Origin: Patescibacteria group bacterium
Lineage (GTDB): Bacteria; Patescibacteriota; JAHJAL01
Direction: 5' to 3'
Assembly: GCA_041648895.1 (NCBI GenBank)
Contig: JBAZOB010000002.1
Span: forward strand, 826 to 64,825
Length of the DNA: 64,000 bases
The notes beneath the pieces are model-generated. The model was not told the origin of the DNA, searched no databases, and saw nothing but the letters and a program-made list of their open reading frames with translations. This document shows positions 1 to 8,725 of the stretch, in pieces (the first letter of the stretch is position 1; each line of letters starts with the position of its first letter). A program made the position numbers and the translations under genes.

Positions 1-798
1 GTCGATTTGGCTATCGTCCGTCTTTACAATACAGAGACCAAAAAACAGGTTGAAAGCAAAGTGACCGACAAAAACGGTCGCTATGGCTTTTTGGTGAAAA
101 AGGGAAAATATATTATCAAAGTGGCCAAACACGACTTCCGCTTTCCGGCTTTGGGCAGCTATGGTTTATATGACGGCCGCTACACCAATATTTATCTGGG
201 GGAAGAAATCACTGTTCATCAAGACAATGAGATTATCAACCTCAATATCCCCATTACCCCCAAAGAGACGATCAAACAAGCCCTGACCAAAAAAGGGACC
301 TACAACTTACGTCGCCTGCAATATTATCTCGGCGTGGTGTCTTTCCCCTTGTTATCCTTGGGCTTTGTCATTAGCATCGCCATTGCCCTGCTGCATGGCG
401 GATTTGTTAATTATTTTATCATGCTGGTTTACTTTGGCGCCTTGGTTTACAAAATATACAAAATGAGCATCCAGCCCAAGCCCTGGGGACTAATTTACGA
501 TTCCAAAACCGGCCTGCCGATTTCCATGGCCATCGTTAAAATCATCGACCCGGAATACGACCGCATTATGGAGACCAAACTAACCGATCCCGATGGTCGT
601 TTTGCCTTTCTGGTTGTGCCGGGCAAATACATTGTCCAGGTTGAAAAAACCGGCTATCAGTTTCCCACCAATGCCTGTGTCTTGATCAATAAAAAGAAAA
701 AATTTGACTGGTACTGTGGTCAGGTCTTTGAAATTAAATCCGAAAAAGAAGCCTACATCAATATCGACATCCCCCTCGACCGTGCCGCTAACGCGTAA
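1..798 (+). CDS. Membrane protein with two carboxypeptidase-regulatory-like (beta-sandwich) domains flanking a TM hairpin; 5' partial
   Basis: Frame open from base 1; repeated TD(K/P)xGR(Y/F)xFLVxxGKY motifs either side of two hydrophobic helices. Confidence 0.7.
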   Translation, partial: VDLAIVRLYNTETKKQVESKVTDKNGRYGFLVKKGKYIIKVAKHDFRFPALGSYGLYDGRYTNIYLGEEITVHQDNEIINLNIPITPKETIKQALTKKGTYNLRRLQYYLGVVSFPLLSLGFVISIAIALLHGGFVNYFIMLVYFGALVYKIYKMSIQPKPWGLIYDSKTGLPISMAIVKIIDPEYDRIMETKLTDPDGRFAFLVVPGKYIVQVEKTGYQFPTNACVLINKKKKFDWYCGQVFEIKSEKEAYINIDIPLDRAANA

Positions 799-1726
799 AT
801 TCCTTTATCTTCGTTCTCATCTCTCCCAAGTTTTGACAAAAAACCGTCTTCCCATATTTTCGAAACCAGGTCATTTGTCTTTTGGCGTAGTGATAATTAT
901 TGATTATCACTTTTTTCTTGGCCGCTTCCAAAGATATTTTACCCTGCAGATAGGGGATATATTCTTGCACACTGATGGTGGAATTCAAAATCGGATCGGC
1001 TGGTCCGTATTTTTTGATTAGATTTTCCACCTCCGTCAAAACACCTTTTTTTAAATGCACATCGACCCGTTTGGTAATTTTTTCGCGGATTATTTCTCGA
1101 TCGGGAATAAATGATAAAACCAAACCGGAATACTGGTGTGATTTTATCGTGCTGGGCGGGACAACCCCGCCCCTACGGTCGTTATTCGTAATGTGTAATT
1201 CATGATTCTTCTTCTCAATCGCTCGGATCAAGCGCCGGGGATTATGATAATCAATGCTGTTATATAAATCATTATCTAATTTTATTAATTTATCCTGTAA
1301 TTGTTGTAAAGACAGCTGGTTCAATTCCGTCCGCAAATTCACGTCATAATCCCGATGCAAATCGTAATTATCAACCATAGCCTGGATATACAAACCGGTT
1401 CCCCCGACCAAAAATGGCCGCTGGCCTTTTTTATTTATTTTCTTAATAGTTTGGCGCGCGTATTTTTGCCACTCGTACAAAGTCCAGGGCTTATCGATCG
1501 TCGTTAGATTAATTCCGTAATGATCAATATCTTGGTAAACAATTGGGTCAGAGTAGGGGAGTTGATATTGAATTTTATCAGTGGCAATATCCATTTCCCG
1601 ATAAATCTGTCGCGAATCACAGGAAATTATCGCCCCGTTAAACTCTTTGGCTAATTGCCACGCCGCCTCCGTCTTCCCCGAAGCCGTCGGCCCGCCAATA
1701 GCGATTATTTTTATTGGTAAAGACAT
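788..1726 (-). CDS. miaA: tRNA dimethylallyltransferase
   Basis: GPTASGKT P-loop, DSRQIY, VGGTGLY, YAKRQMTWFR. Confidence 0.95.
   Translation of the reverse strand: MSLPIKIIAIGGPTASGKTEAAWQLAKEFNGAIISCDSRQIYREMDIATDKIQYQLPYSDPIVYQDIDHYGINLTTIDKPWTLYEWQKYARQTIKKINKKGQRPFLVGGTGLYIQAMVDNYDLHRDYDVNLRTELNQLSLQQLQDKLIKLDNDLYNSIDYHNPRRLIRAIEKKNHELHITNNDRRGGVVPPSTIKSHQYSGLVLSFIPDREIIREKITKRVDVHLKKGVLTEVENLIKKYGPADPILNSTISVQEYIPYLQGKISLEAAKKKVIINNYHYAKRQMTWFRKYGKTVFCQNLGEMRTKIKEFTR
1154..1177 (-). repeat. GTAG-tagged REP-like hairpin inside miaA coding sequence
   Basis: Minus strand CGTAG-G-GGGCGGG-GTTGT-CCCGCCC; translated as RRGGVVPP. Confidence 0.7.
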
Positions 1727-1730
1727 ATTT

Positions 1731-1898
1731 TTATTTACTATCAGATTTTGATATTCTTTTTAATTTATCTGCCCTTTCTTTCTGCAAGCGCTCGATCAAT
1801 TTAACCCCCCGCCCACTTTCTTTCATGCCATATTTCTTCTTTCTACTCTTAGCTTCCCGCCGCGCCGCTTTGTTGTCTTGGAAATGGTTATTTCTCAT
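1731..1898 (-). CDS. Small basic protein (55 aa), not in ORF track
   Basis: Manual translation MRNNHFQDNKAARREAKSRKKKYGMKESGRGVKLIERLQKERADKLKRISKSDSK*, stops 4 nt before the miaA start. Confidence 0.6.
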   Translation of the reverse strand: MRNNHFQDNKAARREAKSRKKKYGMKESGRGVKLIERLQKERADKLKRISKSDSK

Positions 1899-1940
1899 AA
1901 AAAATAATAATTATAAAACGAATATTATCAGTCTCTCTCC

Positions 1941-1969
1941 TGTCATCCCCGCCTTGAGCGGGGATCTCA
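1941..1969 (+). repeat. TGTC-tagged REP-like palindrome upstream of the GIY-YIG gene
   Basis: TGTCATCCCCGC-CTTGA-GCGGGGATCTCA. Confidence 0.9.
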
Positions 1970-2046
1970 TCAATAATTAATAAAAACAATAATTATATTT
2001 AATATTAATATTACTAAAATAAAAATACTAAAAAATATCAAGTCAA

Positions 2047-2343
2047 ATGCAAAAATTCTATTACGTCTACATTATGACAAATAAATACAACAAAATCTTG
2101 TACACTGGTATCACGAATAACCTTGTAAGGAGAATCTATGAACATAAAACAAGCACAATTAATAGTTTCACCAGTAAGTACAAATTAACTAAACTGATTT
2201 ATTATGAAGTTCATGAGGACGTTAATGTAGCCATAAACCGAGAAAAAAGATTAAAAAAATGGGGTCGGTCTTGGAAATTTGAATTAATACTAAAACAAAA
2301 TCCTGGGTTAGGTGATCTTTATTATGATGTTCTAAATTGGTAA
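2047..2343 (+). CDS. Stand-alone GIY-YIG nuclease (about 100 aa class)
   Basis: YYVYIM...LYTGITNNLVRRIYEHK...LIYYE...AINREKRLKKWGRSWK. Confidence 0.92.
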   Translation: MQKFYYVYIMTNKYNKILYTGITNNLVRRIYEHKTSTINSFTSKYKLTKLIYYEVHEDVNVAINREKRLKKWGRSWKFELILKQNPGLGDLYYDVLNW

Positions 2344-2357
2344 ATAATCTTGGAATA

Positions 2358-2507
2358 TGTCATCCCCGCCTTCCGGGGTCCCCGCAAACTCTATTGATTT
2401 GTGGGGTGGGTTAGCGGGGATCTCATCATCAAGACTGTAATATACGCGTTGCATATAAGATCCCCGCTCAAGGCGGGGATGACACAGAAGAGAAGGCGGG
2501 GATGACA
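2358..2507. repeat. REP cluster: inverted REP doublet (one unit with a hairpin inserted in its loop) plus an extra half unit
   Basis: TGTCATCCCCGC...GCGGGGATCTCA, spacer, GATCCCCGCTCAAGGCGGGGATGACA, then AAGGCGGGGATGACA. Confidence 0.9.
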
Positions 2508-2535
2508 AAATAATCATCATTAATCATATTGATTG

Positions 2536-3834
2536 TTAGTTCTTGCGAATCTCCCCTTCCAATCCCCAATCCATCGCTTTGGTTATTTTTACTGGAATCA
2601 ATTTTCCAATTAATTCCTTCTTCCCCTCCAAATGCACCGGTTTTAAACCTTCCGTATAGGCCACCAACCGGCCGCGTTGATATTTGTGTACCAGCACATC
2701 AATGATTTGACCGACTAATTTCTTATTCTTGGCCAAAATAATTTTTCCCAGCACCTCATTGAGCCAATATTTACGCTTTTTCTTCTCGGCTTGGCTGACA
2801 TCATCTTCTAACTTGCTGGCCGCCGTTTTGGGACGGGGTGAATACTGGGCAATAAAAGCCATGTCAAATTGCACCCGCTCGAAAATATCCACGCTTTCCG
2901 CAAATTGCTCCCTGGTTTCTCCCGGAAAACCGACAATTAAATCAGTGGTAATGGTTACATCCGGAATCCATTTTTTAATTTTATCCACCAATACCAGATA
3001 ATCTTCCCGCGTATATTTACGATTCATTTTTCGGATAATTTCATTGCTGCCGGCTTGAATGGGCAAATGAATATAGTTGCATAAATTGGCACGTTCACCC
3101 ACCAGTTTAATTAATTCATCTGACATATCTTTGGGATGAGAAGAGATAAAATATATTCTTTTTAGCTCCGCAATATCCGAAATTTGGCGTAACAAATCAA
3201 CAAAGTCGTTTTCATTTTTACCCTCATGCCAGTCATTGCCATAGGAATTAACATTTTGCCCCAGCAGAGTTAACTCGACACAACCATCTTTGGCCAACTG
3301 TTCGGCTTCAGCGATAATATCGGTTTTCGGCCGTGACACCTCCCGCCCCCGCGTGTAAGGGACGGCGCAATAACTGCAAAAATTATTGCACCCAGTCATG
3401 ATGGGTAAATAAGCTGAAAATGAATTAGTATTTTGCGGAATAACCTGTAGATAATGATCATACTTATCTTTTGGCAACTCGTTGATCATTTTCCACTCGA
3501 ACAAATATTTTGGCAAATCAATCATCCGATCAATCGGCAAACATATATCAAATCGTCCTTTTCCTAATAATTTCTTCCAGATTTTATCCGACACCAAACA
3601 TCCGGTCGCTACTATTCTGGGTCGTTTTTTACTTTTGGCCAACTCGGTAATTTTACCATATGTTCTATCCTCCGCCATTTGTCGGACACTGCAACTGTTA
3701 ATTATCACTACATCTGCACTCTTACTCGTCTTGGACTTTTTTAATCCGCTATTTAACAAAATTGCCCCAATCCGCTCCGAATCAGCGTGGTTCATCTGAC
3801 AACCAAAAGTGATAATGTGGAAAGTTCTTGCCAT
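2536..3834 (-). CDS. miaB: tRNA-2-methylthio-N6-dimethylallyladenosine synthase
   Basis: TFGCQMN N-terminus, radical SAM CNNFCSYC, C-terminal TRAM-like region. Confidence 0.95.
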   Translation of the reverse strand: MARTFHIITFGCQMNHADSERIGAILLNSGLKKSKTSKSADVVIINSCSVRQMAEDRTYGKITELAKSKKRPRIVATGCLVSDKIWKKLLGKGRFDICLPIDRMIDLPKYLFEWKMINELPKDKYDHYLQVIPQNTNSFSAYLPIMTGCNNFCSYCAVPYTRGREVSRPKTDIIAEAEQLAKDGCVELTLLGQNVNSYGNDWHEGKNENDFVDLLRQISDIAELKRIYFISSHPKDMSDELIKLVGERANLCNYIHLPIQAGSNEIIRKMNRKYTREDYLVLVDKIKKWIPDVTITTDLIVGFPGETREQFAESVDIFERVQFDMAFIAQYSPRPKTAASKLEDDVSQAEKKKRKYWLNEVLGKIILAKNKKLVGQIIDVLVHKYQRGRLVAYTEGLKPVHLEGKKELIGKLIPVKITKAMDWGLEGEIRKN

Positions 3835-3884
3835 AAATAATACTTAAATGAAAATATTCATCAGTATTATTATATTAGATATTT

Positions 3885-4289
3885 TTATTTTTCTGAAACT
3901 ATCTTTTTATATTGATCATATGTTTTTTGCGCCTTGATCATTTTGGCAAAAGATCCTGCATCGTTTTTTAAATCTTCTTGCAGATAATTCAACAACTCAT
4001 TGACCACCGCCGATATTTGATTTTTACCCTTGGAATGCTCCAAGGACTCAATAATAAACTCCCTCTTTTGCAGCGCTTTGGCAATCTTATCAGAGTACAT
4101 TTTTTTCGTTTTTTTATTCGTCTCCATCACTCCCAAATTCTTGGCCGCCATTGCTTCTTTTATCATATTCGTGGCCATTCGGTAACTAATATCCTGTCCC
4201 TCTTTGGCATATTCATGACTTCTCTTCCCAAAAACCAAGTCATTGGCCAATTCTCGAGGTCGATCCATGTCGCTCATTTTACCAATCAT
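3885..4289 (-). CDS. Hypothetical helical protein
   Basis: 134-aa ORF preceded by AGGAG; no recognised motif. Confidence 0.6.
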   Translation of the reverse strand: MIGKMSDMDRPRELANDLVFGKRSHEYAKEGQDISYRMATNMIKEAMAAKNLGVMETNKKTKKMYSDKIAKALQKREFIIESLEHSKGKNQISAVVNELLNYLQEDLKNDAGSFAKMIKAQKTYDQYKKIVSEK

Positions 4290-4345
4290 AATTACTCCTA
4301 ATAAAATAATAAATTCTCGGCCATCAAAAGCCCCGCCATTCCAAT

Positions 4346-4380
4346 AAAAAAACTTCTCATTAAACTAATAATGAGAAGTT
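4346..4380 (-). terminator. Intrinsic terminator after thrS
   Basis: AACTTCTCATT/AATGAGAAGTT stem followed by a T run on the minus strand. Confidence 0.7.
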
Positions 4381-4405
4381 ATTAAATTACGCTTTACCAA
4401 TCACA

Positions 4406-6217
4406 TTATAACACATTAGTAATCAATTTTTTATCACGCTCCTTCTTTATCATCTTCATAAACTCCGCCAAGCTCATCGCCCCCATATCTTCCCCTTGGA
4501 GTGGCCGCACCGAAACGGTTTGATTCTCAATATCTCGATCGCCGACTACCAGAATATAATTAGGCTTTTGTAATTCCGCGTTACGGATCTTCTTGCCCAG
4601 CGAATCATCACCATCATCCACCACCACTCGAAAATCTTTATTAGCTAGTTTCTTAGCTACCTTTTGGCAATATTTCAAATGTTTTTGTGGATAAACCGGC
4701 AAAACAATCATTTGCACAGGAGAAAGCCATAGCGGGAAAGCACCGGCATATTGTTCGATCAATACCCCAATAAAGCGCTCAAATGAACCAAATAAAGCCC
4801 GATGAAGCATATATGGTCTTTCTTCTATGCCTTGCTCATTGATAAAACTCATTTCGAATCTTTCTGGCAGATTAAAGTCAAACTGTAAAGTTGAACATTG
4901 CCACTCGCGACCAATAGCATCCTTAACTTTGAAATCAAGTTTAGGACCGTAAAATGCCGCTTCACCCTCCAATTTCGTATAGGATAACTTTTTATCTTTA
5001 GCTACTTTTTCCAGCACTCCCTCAGTGAATTCCCAACCATTATCATTCCCGGCATATTTTTCCTTATTATTGGGATCACGCAATGACAGATAAACATTAA
5101 ATTCCTTGAACCCAAATGTGCTCAGCATAAAAATAATAAAATCTACCACCCGCTTTAATTCTGATTTTACCTGTTCCTTAGTGCAAACAATATGTGCGTC
5201 ATCTTGTGTAAAACCACGCACTCGTAATAATCCATTCAATTCACCTGATTTTTCATATCGATAAACAGTACCGCACTCGGCCCAGCGATAAGGCAGATCA
5301 CGATATGAGTGCATGCCTGATTTATAAATACGGACATGGAAAGGACAATTCATTGGTTTAATCAAATATTCTTCCTTAACTTTTGCCTCTTCGCCTTTTT
5401 GGTATTCTTCCAACGATTTCCCGACCTCCAACGGTGGATACATGCTGTCATTAAAAAAATTCCAATGACCAGATTGTTCCCACAGTTTTTTATTTCCCAA
5501 GTGAGGCGACCGTACCAGATTGTAGCCGTTATTCAGATGCTCTTTATACCAAAAATCTTCAATAATTCGCCACAATAAAGCTCCTTTGGGCAACCACATT
5601 GGCAATCCCATTCCGACCATCGGGTCAATCAAAAATAATTTTAAATCTTGTCCCAATTTCCGATGATCCCTTTTCTTAGCCTCTTCCACCATTTTCAGAT
5701 AATTATCCAACTCGGCTGGCGTCGCGAACGCCACACCATAGATTCGCTGTAGCATTTTGTTTTTCTCATCGCCCCGCCAATAGGCTCCGGAAATATGAGT
5801 CAGTTTAAACGCCCCCACTTTGCCGGTACTTTCCACGTGGGGACCTTTGCATAGATCAACAAACTTACCGGATCGATACAGAGTAATTTCGCCGTCATTT
5901 AATTCATTGATCAATTCGACTTTATATGGCTCCTGGGCCTGGCCAAAAAAATCCAATGCCTCTTTTTTACTCACCTCTTGTCGCTCAAACTTATTGTTTT
6001 GTTTGATCAAATGTCGCATCTTCTTTTCCAAAAGCGGTAGATCTTCCGGGATCAAAGTGCGCGGCAGGTCAAAATCATAGTAAAAGCCATTGTCGATCAC
6101 CGGCCCAATGGCAAATTTGACTTCCGGAAACATATCCTGCACCGCCTCGGCCATGATGTGCGACAGCGAATGCCGCATCGCGTGTACATATTCTTCGTTG
6201 TTATTTTGTTTATCCAT
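4406..6217 (-). CDS. thrS: Threonine--tRNA ligase (no N-terminal TGS domain)
   Basis: RHSLSH, DLCKGPHV, KPMNCPFH, RVRGFTQDDAH, HRALFGSFERF. Confidence 0.97.
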   Translation of the reverse strand: MDKQNNNEEYVHAMRHSLSHIMAEAVQDMFPEVKFAIGPVIDNGFYYDFDLPRTLIPEDLPLLEKKMRHLIKQNNKFERQEVSKKEALDFFGQAQEPYKVELINELNDGEITLYRSGKFVDLCKGPHVESTGKVGAFKLTHISGAYWRGDEKNKMLQRIYGVAFATPAELDNYLKMVEEAKKRDHRKLGQDLKLFLIDPMVGMGLPMWLPKGALLWRIIEDFWYKEHLNNGYNLVRSPHLGNKKLWEQSGHWNFFNDSMYPPLEVGKSLEEYQKGEEAKVKEEYLIKPMNCPFHVRIYKSGMHSYRDLPYRWAECGTVYRYEKSGELNGLLRVRGFTQDDAHIVCTKEQVKSELKRVVDFIIFMLSTFGFKEFNVYLSLRDPNNKEKYAGNDNGWEFTEGVLEKVAKDKKLSYTKLEGEAAFYGPKLDFKVKDAIGREWQCSTLQFDFNLPERFEMSFINEQGIEERPYMLHRALFGSFERFIGVLIEQYAGAFPLWLSPVQMIVLPVYPQKHLKYCQKVAKKLANKDFRVVVDDGDDSLGKKIRNAELQKPNYILVVGDRDIENQTVSVRPLQGEDMGAMSLAEFMKMIKKERDKKLITNVL

Positions 6218-6264
6218 ATTTTCTCCTTGGTTAATTACTTTATAATTAAATTTCGTCTTATTTT

Positions 6265-6310
6265 TGTCATCCTGGAGGCGGAAGCGTTGCGTTCCGGCAT
6301 CCAGGATCCA
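6265..6310 (+). repeat. TGTC-REP variant (CCTGGA/TCCAGG stem) in the thrS leader
   Basis: TGTCATCCTGGA-GGCGGAAGCGTTGCGTTCCGGCA-TCCAGGATCCA. Confidence 0.8.
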
Positions 6311-6333
6311 GGCTTTATTAATGAAATCTACAA

Positions 6334-6545
6334 ATAAAAAATCGTCTCAATTATTGAGACGAGTATAACAAACCCGCGGTTCCACTCAAATTCCCTTTTA
6401 GGGCTCTTGTTTGATAAATTTTACCAATTTTAATTCGTCATTAAAACTGGTCCCAGTTGGTTTTCATTTGGCCCGTCATAAAAAAGCTTGCAGTCAAATG
6501 GCTTTTTCTCCCTGGACAACGAATGTCAAATTACTCGTCTGGTAA
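6334..6545 (-). ncRNA. T-box riboswitch (Thr specifier ACC) upstream of thrS
   Basis: Minus strand: GACGAGUAA, AGGGAGA, GACUGCAAG, GAAAACCA (ACC at 6461-6459), T-box AAUUUGAGUGGAACCGCG (6392-6375), terminator UCGUCUCAAU/AUUGAGACGA plus U6. Confidence 0.88.
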
Positions 6546-6549
6546 ATTT

Positions 6550-6578
6550 AGTATACACCAATAATTAATTGCCATCAA
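6550..6578 (-). promoter_or_regulatory. Sigma70-type promoter of the T-box/thrS transcript
   Basis: TTGATG-N17-TATACT just upstream of the T-box stem I. Confidence 0.6.
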
Positions 6579-6585
6579 TCAACCA

Positions 6586-6915
6586 CTACATCTTTTTTAT
6601 TCGTTCAAGTAACTGTTCGTAACTTTTCTTTTTTGATGGGCTCTGACTTTTCGAATCAAATTGCCGTTTTTCCTTAATAATATTTTCCATTTCTTTCACG
6701 TCATCGTCTATTTCAGCATTATTATCAACATCTATCTGTTCATAAATTAGACCGTGATCAACCAACGGGTGGGTGATAAAGGCATCCTCCCCTTCCTTTA
6801 AAAAACCAATCGCGGCGTATTTTTTTTCTGTTTTCTGTGGATCAAATTTATCTTTTTCTCGATTGAAAGAAACATAACTTGTCCGTTTTCCAATCTCATC
6901 AATATTGGCCCTCAT
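6586..6915 (-). CDS. Hypothetical protein
   Basis: 109 aa; ATGA overlap with the upstream ORF. Confidence 0.6.
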   Translation of the reverse strand: MRANIDEIGKRTSYVSFNREKDKFDPQKTEKKYAAIGFLKEGEDAFITHPLVDHGLIYEQIDVDNNAEIDDDVKEMENIIKEKRQFDSKSQSPSKKKSYEQLLERIKKM

Positions 6916-7907
6916 GATTTTATTGTTTCTCCATTAATTTTTAAAAATAATTCGTCAATTTCCCTATTATATTTTCTTCTATTAGACAAAAACCTATTAA
7001 TCATTTCCATTCTTTCCGGTTTGATTGTATCAAGCCATTCTTTATTTACTGTCAGTGCCGGTTTTCTATTATCGACTATCTTGTCCTCCCATGAACTAGA
7101 CGCAGCATTGATCGGTGAGTCAATATTACTTGTGTCATTATTACTATTGTTATTAGCTGGCGCTTCGTCATATTCCTGATTATCAATTTCCACCTCTTCA
7201 TTTTCCAAAATATAGCCTTCAGTTAACACGTTGGTTCGGTATTTTTCCGGAAATTGTTTCAGCCTTTTCTCGATTATTATTAGCTTCTTTTGTAAGGGGA
7301 TCAATTTTTCAACCAGAGCATAATGATTAATACTATCCTCGGCTGGTTTTAGCATTTGACTTTGCAGGATTTCTCTCTTCTTCAACAAACTTGTCTTGGC
7401 CTCTTCAAAATAGGGAAAAAGGAAATCATTACGACAAAAAAATTGATTGTCAAAATAATCATCAGTTTTTTTCTCCAGCAGATGGGCACAAATACTATCA
7501 ACGAAAAAATCATTGGGATTATTCTCATTATTTCCTTCTGTTGGGGAATAAACATCTGTTTTCTTCAAACCGAATATTACCACCATCGACATATTGTCAT
7601 AAAAACGTTTTTGCCTTTGTTCTTTATTTTCATCATTCACCAGCACATTTTGCTTAAAAATATCAATCGCTTTTTGCCGTTTATCCTTGTCATTGGCTAT
7701 TTGTTTGACCTGCTCTTCATTAAATAAAATGCACAATTCCGGATCAAAATACCCTGGTTGGTAGCAATTAATAAAATCCTTAACCACCACTTGGGCTGGA
7801 TCCTCCTCTGATGACTCTGCCTGGTGTTCCTTAATTATCGTTTTTTTATCGCCATTTTCAGATGGGACATCCTTTAAGTCATCTAAATTTTTCTTCCAGA
7901 CTATCAT
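6912..7907 (-). CDS. Hypothetical acidic, Asn-rich protein
   Basis: 331-aa ORF, no recognised motif. Confidence 0.65.
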   Translation of the reverse strand: MIVWKKNLDDLKDVPSENGDKKTIIKEHQAESSEEDPAQVVVKDFINCYQPGYFDPELCILFNEEQVKQIANDKDKRQKAIDIFKQNVLVNDENKEQRQKRFYDNMSMVVIFGLKKTDVYSPTEGNNENNPNDFFVDSICAHLLEKKTDDYFDNQFFCRNDFLFPYFEEAKTSLLKKREILQSQMLKPAEDSINHYALVEKLIPLQKKLIIIEKRLKQFPEKYRTNVLTEGYILENEEVEIDNQEYDEAPANNNSNNDTSNIDSPINAASSSWEDKIVDNRKPALTVNKEWLDTIKPERMEMINRFLSNRRKYNREIDELFLKINGETIKS

Positions 7908-7919
7908 AGTAGAATCAAG

Positions 7920-8618
7920 TTAAAAAATATTAATCACCCGGTAAGCATCCCTAAAATTATCCACCAATGTCGCCAAGTTTACATAATCCAAAAAGACAAA
8001 CATGATGATAATATTTAAGAATAGCAAATTGGCCAGCAAAACAAAAATAATGCCGAAAATCTTCCCCGTTATTTTCATATCCGGTTGCTCAATTTTCAGT
8101 ATTTCCCAGTTGGACAGATAATGAAAACACAGACTGGCGCCCAGTAAAAAGAAAAAGAGAAAATAATAGCCAGTTAGATCCCAAAAACGATTGGCGATAA
8201 AATAGAGTACCGCCAACAAAATTGAATAAAGCGGGAAAAAATACGGCGCCAGATCAATAATAAAATTAGACTGAGTCAACTCCACCCAGCCGCCGCGACT
8301 CGCTACTTTAATCTTTTTCACCTGAGCCCCAGAGAAAATCGCAAAGATAGCGTGGGTAAACTCATGGGCTAGCACATAGAAAACTGTCGACTGATAGACA
8401 AAAAAATGAATCAAAGCATAAATTAATACTCCCATTAGCATTGACAGCATGGCCCGGGAAAAAATTGGCACCTGGGTAAATAGCCTTAACGTGGCCAGCA
8501 AAGTAATCAATACCAGCGGTATCAACAAAATACCCAGCGCACTCCAAACCACCAGACCACAAAAAGTCGCTTTTGGCCTGATAATCCGCTGTTTTTTCTT
8601 TTTTTTCGGTTGAGACAT
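7920..8618 (-). CDS. M50-like membrane zinc metallopeptidase
   Basis: Multiple TM helices, HEFTH motif, LAPYFFP. Confidence 0.75.
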   Translation of the reverse strand: MSQPKKKKKQRIIRPKATFCGLVVWSALGILLIPLVLITLLATLRLFTQVPIFSRAMLSMLMGVLIYALIHFFVYQSTVFYVLAHEFTHAIFAIFSGAQVKKIKVASRGGWVELTQSNFIIDLAPYFFPLYSILLAVLYFIANRFWDLTGYYFLFFFLLGASLCFHYLSNWEILKIEQPDMKITGKIFGIIFVLLANLLFLNIIIMFVFLDYVNLATLVDNFRDAYRVINIF

Positions 8619-8657
8619 AAATTAATGACAAATTACAAATGACAAGAAAATATTATT

Positions 8658-8725
8658 TGTCATCCCCGCTAACCCACCCCACAAATCAATAGAGTTTGCG
8701 GGGACCCCGGAAGGCGGGGATGACA
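8658..8725 (-). repeat. TGTC-REP with inserted hairpin, reverse-complement copy of the unit starting at 2358, flanked by inverted heptamer-like arrays (8620-8648 / 8733-8760)
   Basis: Reverse complement matches TGTCATCCCCGCCTTCCGGGGTCCCCGCAAACTCTATTGATTTGTGGGGTGGGTTAGCGGGGAT exactly. Confidence 0.9.

Noticed and set aside
2332-2520. 62-aa ORF (also 12179-12379 and 1714-1980)
   Set aside because: These are translations through REP palindromes (CHPRLERG, VIPALSGD) or antisense to real genes.
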